This document shows, in pieces, positions 39,369-50,200 of a stretch of 64,000 bases of DNA. Source of the stretch: Monocercomonoides exilis PA203. Taxonomy: Eukaryota; Protista; Preaxostyla. The stretch covers positions 1,798,001 to 1,862,000 of the forward strand of contig LSRY02000002.1 in the NCBI GenBank assembly GCA_001643675.2, given 5' to 3'. The notes beneath the pieces are model-generated. The model did no database searches. It saw nothing but the letters and a program-made list of their open reading frames with translations, and had not been told where the DNA came from. The translations under genes were made by a program, and so were the position numbers. The first letter of the stretch is position 1. Each line of letters opens with the position of its first letter.

Positions 39369-39487
39369 TGTAATCCTTTTGTTGCGTTTTTTTGAAATAA
39401 TTGTGATTTTAATTTTTTATTTTTTGTGAAAATTTAAATATTTTTTGATCAATACCCACAAACAATAATTAGTTATGATCAATTGAA

Positions 39488-42239
39488 ATGAATACAGATG
39501 TTCAGAAAGTCGGAATGCCAAGCTCTCAGCAACCGTATTTGGCTTCTGCTGGTGGGCCTGGCGAATCCCGTTTTGTTGTTACTAATCAACTAATTGAATG
39601 CGTTTTTTTGGAGTATCCTCAAGTAAAAGAAGCATATGACCGCTTTGTCCCTGACAAGGTGTCTATTTGTTTTTTGTTTCAAAAATAACATATTAAAATT
39701 TTGCTTTTACACCAAGATATCTGCGAAAGATTTTTGGAAATCGTTTTTCAAGATGAAAAGAAGTGTATCAACAATGAACGAAGGGCAACCAAAAATGCAG
39801 ACCCCTGCAGATATTTTAATATCAAAAATTCCAAAAGATCCTTCTGTCATTCTTCAACCTCCTCCGCAGAGGATTGATATTGCTTTAGATTCAATGGCAA
39901 ATGTGCCATCTGTGGATGGAGTTTCAAAAGCTCCAGACAGAGCATTACAATCATTTGATATTCAGACATCAACACTCAGAGGAACAGCTCTAAAGCCATC
40001 TCAAATCGTGGAGCAAGTGAATAGGCACGGAGCTATTGTTCTTCAATCACAATTTGGTGCAACGCCCACAACTACAACTGTAAAATATGATGATGGAACG
40101 AGAAAACAGCAATCTCCTTTCAGTTTGGAATCATCTTCAAGGACTTCGTCTTTTTCTTCGCTATCACCTCCATCATCTCTGATGGGATTATCATCTTCAC
40201 CTCGAGAACAGCAAACAAAGTCATCTCATTTACCAAGTATGAAAGAGCTTTCGGACATGTTGAAAGATGTTGATGTTAGCCTCCATAATTTGGAAGAAAG
40301 AGACGATTCAGCTGCTTCATTAGATCCTAATAGTGAAGAGAGTTCTTCGTTAACATCGAATTCTTCTCCCAAAGAAGGAGAGCCTCAAGAACAAAAGAAA
40401 GATACACCGTTGTCTGTTGTCAAACCTCTTGCTAAACAGGTCAGCTCATTGTCTTCTGCACTCAATGCCAGCGATCAAATAGATCTTCCTGTCTTTCATT
40501 TACGTTCATCTGAAATGCAAAAAGAAATGGTTGCTAGTTCACCTGATGGAAATGAGACTGAGTTGTTCTCGTCTCCTCTGTCTTCTTCTTCTCTTTCTTC
40601 ATATGCAGATAATCTTTCATCATCAATCGCTTTTCTATCACAGCAGCCCCAAGCTGCATATTCGCCAATGCCGCAGGGTGGCCCAGTGGATGTGTCGGTG
40701 TTTGGGGGAATCTCTCGAACGATCGATGCCAATCCGATGCAGTCTGAATTGCTGACTGAGCAATGGTCAAAGAACTTGACGAAATCTTTAGATAACCCAG
40801 CAGCCAATGATCCAATGCCGCAATCGAATAATCCATCAATAGAAGCACAAGTGGATGATCTCTTTGGAGACGTCTCTGCGTCTTCTTCGGCTTCTTCTGC
40901 AGCAGAATTCCCAGACAGAGTCACTGCTGATGACATAAGCAGGGTGAGAGAGCTGCTCGGCAGCTTTTGGAGCAACTTCCCGTTTCAGAACTTGAATCAG
41001 GAGCATTTTGTGCGGATGCGGCTGATGGGCGCGATGGAAGAGATGATGGTGAAGTTGAGTGGAATCGAAGGGAGACTTCTGAAAAAGATGACAGAATTGG
41101 AGAAAGAAGCAGCGTTTGCAAAGCAAAAAGTGGGGAGAAGAGGAGAAGAAGATTTGATAGAAATTGAAGAAGATGTGGAAGGCTTGTTTACTTCGACAGA
41201 TAAGTGGGGAATGAATAATAATGCAAGGAAATGGGGGAGAAGGGGCGGTGCTTCAGGGAGAAATCTGACTCAGGATGTGGTTGAGTTGAATGACGAAGGA
41301 GATGATCAGATGGGATTTTCGTTCTATGAGAACGAGAATGCTAACTTTAGAGGGGGATATTATCAAGAAGACGGGCACAGCTATGGTGGGGCAATAAATG
41401 TGGAAGAAGAAAAACCTGCAAATTCTGTTGATGAGCTTGCATTTCAGCCAATTCCACCGCCAAACGAGCTTCTACTGCACACAGCAAGACTCGACTGGAA
41501 CAAGATATCAACAGTTCCCAAAATACCTCAAATCATTTCACCAACATTTGCAGACCCTCTTTTATTATCAGCATCATCCTCCTCTTCCTCATCCTCATCC
41601 ATTTCACCGCTTTCATTCATTCCGCATTCGTCTCTGCTTCCCTCTGCCTCTTCATCATCATCCAGCTCTCAAGCCTCATCGACAACTCAACTCACACCTC
41701 AGACTATCACTTTGCAGCATCGTCTTATTCCTTGCCGCATTCTCCTGCTGCAAATGGGCAGAGCAGTCGGCGTTCTCAGCGCTTTCCTTTCGTCTGACTC
41801 ATACAGAATCTATCAGCAGCACATTCATGATAAGGACGTTGAAGAGAAAAGAAAAGAGGAAGAGAAGAGGAGAATTGAGATTGAGAAGCAAAAGAAAGAA
41901 CAAAAAGAGAAAGCATTAGCACGGAGATCAAATGCAAGCTTGTCTCAAGAGACTTACAATGCAGCTATTCCTATGATTTCTGTGTCTTCATCAAATGCTT
42001 CTGCTCTTTCGAGTGATTATCCAAATGATCCTCAGGCTATGCCCAGACCCAAACTGTCTCACTCAGCTTCTCCTTCTCCTGTTCCTGCACAGCCTTCGGA
42101 TCCACCAAGGAAAAAGAAGAAAAAGAGATCTATAAGTAGGAGCAAATCCACAGATCCAGAGGGAGAGTCTTCTGAAGCACTTCTTTCCCAAATTGCCCAG
42201 CTTTCAGAAGATGAAATTAGAGCATTATTAGGTCAATAG
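39488..42239 (+). CDS. GTF2H1: TFIIH p62/Tfb1-like BSD-domain protein; intron 39659-39716
   Basis: VFLEYPQVKEAYDRFVPDK|ISAKDFWKSFF is a BSD2 motif. VNRHGAIVL resembles FNHHSAMVL, and ELLGSFWSNFP resembles ELLRHFWSCFP. Confidence 0.75.
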
Positions 42240-42416
42240 AATTTTGAATATATTGTTAATTTTTTGCGTTTGAAAAGTTTTATTGATAAAATAAAAATTA
42301 TCTACTCAGTTTTCCTTTAGTTTGTCTTCATTAAAATAAGTGATTGCTGAAGGTTCAAGAGGAAAAGAAGCAAGAAATAATCCAATGATGGTTGACCCAT
42401 AATTTTTTAGAAACGG

Positions 42417-45400
42417 ATGAATGAATCATTTGATGATTCCAAGCTGTATGAGGCATTAAAAAAACTTGGAATATTAAGTTTCAGAGGCAAACAATATGAA
42501 TGCATAAAAGCGATATTAGATGGAAACGATGTATTTGCCCTTTGGCCCACTGGAGCTGGTTTTTCATTTTTTTTATTTAATTTTTTAAAAGTGAGTTATC
42601 GATATGCAAATAAATTCATTTGATTCTGTGTGTTATTTGTAATTCTGTATAATTTTCCCAAGGAAAATCACTTGTTTATCAGCTTCCTGCTCTCGTTACA
42701 AACAAAATGTCAATTGTTGTTTCTCCGCTGATAGCTTTGATGATAGATCAAGTTAATAATCTTCAGGCACGTGGAGTTGATGCGAATGTAATATGTAGCA
42801 CAAAGACTCGTTCAGAAAATGCCAAAGTATTCATAAGCTTTTATTAGTACTAATAATTAATTTTTTCAGATTTTTTCGAATCTTAATCAAAGAAAACCTT
42901 CCATTTCGGTTCTTTATGTAACCCCTGAAATGGTAGCTACAGATCGATTTCAATCTGTCTTAAAACATCTTGTGGAGAATAATTGTGTGGGGTTATTTGC
43001 AATTGACGAGGCTCATATGATCTCTCAATGGGGCCATCAATTTCGTCCAGAATATAGACAACTTGGTATACTTCGTACTTTATATCCGAAGATACCTATT
43101 GCTGCCTTGACTGCCACGGCTGTTCCTCAGTTTTGAATATTTTAATTTTTTATTTTTGCTTCATTTTTATTACTGAAACATTAACGAAAATAGGATCCGT
43201 GAAGACATCAAAAAGCAGTTAAACATACCAAATGCAATACATTTTATAACAACATTTAACAGACCAAATATGTATCTAACTGCTTTTTTTTTTCTATTAT
43301 TTTTTTTAACTTTTTTCTTTCAAAGATATTATACTGTAACATACAAAGATTTATTAAAGAATCCAATGGAATATCTTTTTTCGTTTGTGAAAAGAGTGCT
43401 TCCGTCATGTATAGGTGCATTACCTGCCTCAGAAACTGCGACTCCTTCAAAATCCCCTTCGACAGAGGCAGCTCATTCAGAATCACCATCTCACAATTCC
43501 ACTTCATTGCCCACTTCATTTTCAAATTCAAAGCACATTTCAGATTCTTCTTCTCAACTCACTTCACAACAGCAATCAAAAATAGATCCATTTAAACCCG
43601 AATCACCAAAATCAATTTCCTCAAAGTTCACAAACTCACCATCATCAAATGCAATCGCAGGGAAAACGTTAGATGCATTTTTCAGCCGTGTTATAAATGA
43701 GTCATCTCACCAGGCTCAGTCACTCATAGTATCGATACCCCAAATCGCATCGCCAAAGCTGACTTCAAAGGACAAAAATCCAATTGTGATTGCGGACGAC
43801 GACAATGAAGACGAAAGTGGAGATGATGATGGATTGATAATGCTACAAAATCCTATGCATTCAGACAAAGCTTCTGAAACTGAAGGTAATTCAGCTCAGC
43901 TATCAAATGCGATGTTTGCAGTGCCAAAGGCTTCAACAGATCCTTCAAGCGATTTTTCATTTGATTCGGTGTCTTTCCAATCCTCCAGTGCTTTTTCTTC
44001 ACTTCATCCACTTCAGCCGTCAATGCAAAGTCATTCGCCATTTCGCCCAGCGTCTGACTTCAGGCCAGCCTCATTTCACACACCTCGCCGCATTTCAACA
44101 GACACAAACCCAAACAGCATTTCGCCTTCTCCATCGCCATCTCCCTTTTCTTCACCTTCTCCTTCACCTTCTCCTTCTCCTTCTCGTGGAGCTTCTCGTT
44201 CAACAACGCCTTCTTCAGAACAGAAAGAGAACACGCCAACAAGACAGAAGAATCAGTTGCCTCCTTTTTTGATTCCTCCGCCTATTCCTTCGTCTGCGGC
44301 ACCAACTGACTCTTCGTCGTCTTTCTCGTCTTTGATGAATCTTCCGGAGTCTTTCTTTAGCAAAGGACTGGGAATCGTCTATTGCAGAACAAGAGCTGAA
44401 TGCGACTCAACAGCTTTTTACCTTCAGACTCAAGGTATTAGCAACTTGATCTTAAATAAATTGACTTATTTTTATCTTTATAATTTTAAACATACAAAAA
44501 TGTATTGATTTCGAACAAACATATCCTCTTCTATGTTCTATTCTCAGGTGTGCGATGTCTGTCATATCATGCAGGTCTGAGCGACAAAGAGCGTATTTCC
44601 ATCCAGAATCGGTGGGGGCCTGAGTATCCAGTTATTGTAGGGACAATTGCACTGGGGATGGGAATTGACCAGCCAAACATCCGGTTTGTGGCGCACACGT
44701 CGATTCCAGAGAGTCCTGAAAGCTTTTACCAGGAGAGCGGGAGAGGAGGAAGAGATGGGCTTCCGTCGTGGGCGATGTTGATGTACTCGAGAAGCGATGC
44801 AGAAAGAATACGATGGATAATCTCAAAGGAAAGCGAGAGGGGAGAAGAGAAGCTGAGGATGAAGTACAAAGAGCAGAATTCAAACAAGAACTCAGAAAGC
44901 AGCATCTTCAATGGGATGACAGAGACAGAAAAAGAAAAGGTCAAAGAAAAGATTTTTGGTAAGTCCCGTTCAAAAGTAAGTCAAATGAATGCTTTTTCAT
45001 CATCATCTTCTTCCTCTTTTTTGAATGAATCTCTGAAGAAGCTGAGGAATGAGACAGAAAACAAACTGGAAAAGCTGACGAAAATGATGGAGATCTGCGA
45101 GACAACCGAGTGCAGACGAAGACTTCTTCTGAACTACCTTGGCGAAGAGAAGAAGAAATCAAGCCCAACAAAACCTGTTTCAAACTTGTTTCCCAGTGCG
45201 TCCGATCAACAGCCAAAACCTTCTTTGGCAAAGGCTCAGCCGTTGCGTGCGACTTCTCCTTCTTCGTCTCCGATTGCCAGGACAACAAGGCCTCCATTAG
45301 GAGTCCCAAGAACCCATTCGCAGACGCTTATTCGTGCTTCGTCTTCTCCTTCTCCTTCCATTTCGACATCGCCCTCACCAACAGCAGTCACACTTGCATC

Positions 45401-47120
45401 CACACTTGCCTCTCCTTTGTCTCCTGGCCCAACCTCTCCTCCTTTGACAGTGTCTCATCTCTCCAAGCGCAATTCCAGTTCTGTCCAGCTGCATCCACAC
45501 ATCCAATCCAATCCAGCAACACCACAACGAAAGGCATCACGCTCAGCTGATGTTGGCTGTGGCGGGTGCGACTGCTGCTGCTTTCCTGAATATGTTGCTT
45601 CTTCGCTGGCTCTGCTCAACAACAGAAATCCCTCTGATCTCGACAGTTATGACGATGATCCGTTTGAGCTGGAGAGGAAGATGAGGAAGAAAGCCAAGAA
45701 GTTTAAAAGCAAAGCCTGGAAAAAGAAACTGAAGCATGACAGTTATGACTATGATGATGAGGATGAAGGAGGCGGAGGAGAATACAACGAGTACAAAAAG
45801 GACTATAGTGATGACGATAGCGCTGTTGAAGTCAGTTCTGATGAAGACATTCAAAGCAGTTCAGAAGACGAAGGAATGCTGCTGGCAAAGAGGATGCTGA
45901 TCGGAACCAGCCAGTTCATGAATGATTCTGACAACGAAGGAGTAAGCAACACACAACTGAGCGGAGAGAAAGATGAAGATGGATGCAATGAAGGAAACAT
46001 GTCTTCGCTTTCAATGGCCCCAACATTTCGGACTGCTTCATCTTTGTCGCACTCTGTTTCGTTCCAAAAGGCTTCATCGCTTAAGTCTTCTTCGTTTTCT
46101 ACTCGTTTTTCTCCTTCCTCTTCAAAAGCTTCATCAGTTTCTTTTTCTCCCGCTTCTTCATTTCTGCAGACTGCTTCTTCATCTGATTCAAAAGCAAAGC
46201 ATTCTTCATCTCTGCCGAGTTCAGATTCGATTAAGTCTCTTGCTTCACTTGCATCACTCTCAAGCACAACGCCTCTTGTTCTGTCAACTGGAGATATGGG
46301 CTCTGAAGCAACTCTTTTTGATGATGAAATCGAAGAGAAGAAGAAAAACACACAAAAGAAGACTGATTTTTCGCTGCTCCTTTCTGAAGTGTGCGGATCT
46401 CCAAAATCCGGTCAAACAACTGGAGGCAGTTCTTCTGCTTCACTTCCTTCTTTTTCCTCACCGACTTGTTTGAGTCAGAACAATAAAGTGAAAAATGAAG
46501 CAGCAGGAACCCAATTCAAAAGCAAAGCGTTTTCTTCTCTTCTTTCTCCTTTGTCATCGACTGCACCTCTCAAACACACCAATCATTTTGCACAGCCTTT
46601 GTCTGCAACAGCCACAAAATCGCAAGTTGAATCACATTCTGGCTCAACAACTCATTCATCATCGATTAAGTCAGAACTTCCATCTTCTCCTGCAAAAGCT
46701 CGCATCGATGAAAAGACTAAAGATGAAGAAGACAAAGAATTGGATGATCTGATGAACTATTTCCAAAAGAAAGAAAGAGAAGATTTTTCAAAGTTCAAAA
46801 AGAGAAAGCCGTCTTTACACGACAGAGTGATGAATAATTCGTCATCGTTTCCGAATAATTCTTTCAAAGCATCACCAAATCATTTTTCAAGATTTAAATC
46901 GTCATTATCCACAGAAAGTAATCATAGAATTCAAAAACCACAAGGCGATAAGCCAATTCATCCTGTTTCAAAATATCTCGATATCACAAATCACAAGCCA
47001 GGATTAATTGGTTCCCCTCCTTCTTCACCTAAAAAACCTTCAATGCGCTCATCATTTTCATTGTTTTCAGCAATAGCCATGTTTGGAGGAAAGCCCACAC
47101 CTCAACCTCCCCCAAAATAG
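42417..47120 (+). CDS. RecQ-family DNA helicase with RQC zinc motif, about 5 introns
   Basis: PTGAG|KS (split by an intron), VVSPLIALM, AIDEAHMISQWGHQFRPEY, LTATA, IVYCRTR, GTIALGMGID, YQESGRGGRDG, CRRRLLLNYLGE...CGGCDCC. Confidence 0.92.
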
Positions 47121-47244
47121 CAACTGTTTATATTTTTTATTTGTTCTATTTTTGTTTATTTAAAAATTTTGACAAGTTATCAAGTTAAATATTAAAAAAT
47201 GGGAACAAGATCTCAATAATTCTCTCTTCCTATTGAATATTGGA

Positions 47245-50200
47245 ATGAACAATGTCCAACTCCTTGTCCAACGAATAAAACTTTCTGAAAACGAACAACT
47301 TCAGGAGGAAGCTTTGCAAGAACTTCTTGAAAAAACAAATGAATGTAAAACTATTCAAATAGACGAGGAAGGAGTCATTTCACTTTTTGATCTTCTTGGA
47401 AAAAATCCGTCAAACACTGATAAAATTCGCAATGTTTTGAACATATTGTGCAATCTTATGGCTAAGCCTGTAGGCAATAGTCCGCTTTCTGATTCAACAA
47501 AATTACATATTCAATTTACAATCAACAATGGAGGAATTAACAAGCTTATCGGGCTTCTAGATAGCAAAGATCATTATGTAAAGTTATTTACTCTTTTGAT
47601 TTTGCAATCAATTTTTTGCGTAAATGGCGAAGCAGTTTCAAGTGGTATTATTGTGGGCCGTGGAATTGCACCTCTTATAGCCATTTTGAAGCAGCCACGC
47701 GAAGCTCTTCGTAGTGAAGGACTTCAATTTTTACAATCTCTTTGCAGTGATAATGAGATCCTTCAATCAGCTGCTTGTATGCAAGGGGCGTTTGAAGCAT
47801 GCTTCTCGTTATTTGTTCAGCTACAAGTGGATGATCCTACAATTCCGTTGATTTTCACACTAATGCAAATATTGCTTCACTCAACTGTTTCAAGACGGTA
47901 CTTTCGGACAGAGAGTTCAAAACAGTTAACAAATCTTCTTCAAATTCCTCAACACGCTCTTCCTCTTCGCCCTTTTTCTCCAAGAGCAACAATTGTGCGT
48001 GAAGCCATTCATTTAGCATTTACTCTTAGCAAAGGAGATATTTCAGAAACCAAAGAATCCAGAAAAGCTTTTCTACAAAGCGGCCTGACAGAGCAGCTTG
48101 TGACAAATCTTGTTATTGAAGATCTTCCAATTGCTGTCAGATCTCCACTCATGTATCTCCTTTCAATACTATGCTATCGTCATCCTCAAACGCAAATTCT
48201 TATAGCAACTCCTCGTTCAGTTCCACGGCCATCGTCTCCATCTCCTGCATCGAATACGAAACAGTGTGCACAATCACCTCAAAATAGCAAGTTGCCTACT
48301 TTTTCTTCCACCTATCTGAGCACCTCTTTTTCACCTATATCATCTTCGTCAGTAGGTCAGCACTCTTCCTCGTCTATGACATTCTCAGCTCCAGAACCGC
48401 CAATGCCTCTGAAAGCAGTGTATCCTCAGTCACAGAGCTATCAGTGCGGTATCGACATTGCTGTGCAGCTTCTGACGACGAATCAGTTTGAAGAATGGGA
48501 AGCCAACCTGCAGAAAAGAGAGCGTGGGATGATTGAATTGAAGAAAGAACAAGCAGCCACAGAAAAGATGATGAAGACAATTGTGGAAAACGAAGAAGAG
48601 AAAGAAAAAACAGAAGAAAAACAAGACAATCCAAGCACATCAAATGCAGACAACACTAAAAATGGAAAAGAAGCAGAAGACAAAGAAGGCAGCGATGAAG
48701 AGAAGACGGCACTGTGTTCTTTGGCTCAAGTGCATAGGCTGCAGAAGAATGCTCGTCGTTTGCTGTATTCCTTTATGGAGCACAATTCACTGCTGCAGAC
48801 AGTTGCATCCACTTTGGTCATCACCCAAGATCTGTCTTTGCCTTCCTCTCAGCCTCATCTTTCTTACTCTCCTTTGTCTTACTCTCCTGCTTCAAGTGAG
48901 AATACAAACACAAATTCCGATTCTTCTTCGAAATGCCCTGCTCCCACAATGTCTGTTCTCCCTCTTAACTTCGCTCGCTCTGATTCAACATCATTCTTGA
49001 AGACTCCAACGCCCTTTGCCCACACCCCAACACCAAAGGCTTCTACTCCACCTCCTCTTCTTCTTTCCCGCTCTCCTCATTCTTCCTTCTTGTCTCTTGC
49101 TGCTGGCTCGTCAGCTTCTATACCTAATTCAATTTCAATGAATACCTTCTCTTCTTCTTCTACTCGTTCAATCTCTCCTCATCTGTCTTCCTCTTCTTTC
49201 TCGCAGCTGTCAAATCGCTCGCCTTCTCCCTTCAAAACCGCAGACGCTGCGCACAATCCTCACTCGTTTCTCTTCTCTTCGATTCCACATTCATCTTCCT
49301 CTCCAACTTTTTCTTCCTCTCCCACTCCCTCCTCTTCCTCCTGCTCTTCCCATCGCCTTCTTCATTCCTCTCCTCTTTCGCCGTCTGAACTTCCTGTGCC
49401 TTCTCCAAGTGCCATATTGATTAGTCATCTGCTCACACTTCACTCAGGAATGCATTCATTTGTCCCTCTCAGCCAGCACTTTCAGCACATTGGAACAATC
49501 TTCAGCAAGAATGTCTTATCAGAATTGGGCATAACTCCAAAGGAAGAAGAAGTCATTGTGAGTAAAGATGGTATTCAACCAATTCTCATCACACCTTCCC
49601 CTATTAACATGGGAACGCTTACGACTTCTGCTTCGTTTTCTTCTCTTTCTTCGCAATCTCCTTCGAGTTCTCCACTTTCCACGTCTTTTGTCCCTTCTAT
49701 TCCCATTCCACCAGAAAGCATGTCAGCTAACGACCTGCCAATTGCAACTGTCAACACAAATGTTTCATCAGCCAAAGAATTTGCAGTTTCTCCAAACACT
49801 TTTCCTCTCTATGTTTACTGTCGCTCAATGACATATGGCAACTCTGAACAATCGGCTTCTTCGAATGTATCTTCTTCCTCCTCCTCATCATCTTCTTCTT
49901 CAATGCCAACAGATTCATCTATCACTCTTCCTCTCTCATCTGCATATTCCTCGTTTCACTTTCTTGCTCGTATGTTTGACTCCACACTTGCACTATGCAC
50001 TCTTCTGCAGCAGCTCGACGAGAGCTCACGCGAAAGACTGGCAAAAGAGCCTTTCTCATCGACATCGCTGATCCTCACCTATCAGAACAATGGCAATGAA
50101 GACTCTAGAGCAGACGATGACAACAAGTCACCAGCCAAATCCAGTGCCGAACATCAAGTGCTTCCTTCTACTTCTCCATCCAGCTACATTCAGAACAGGA

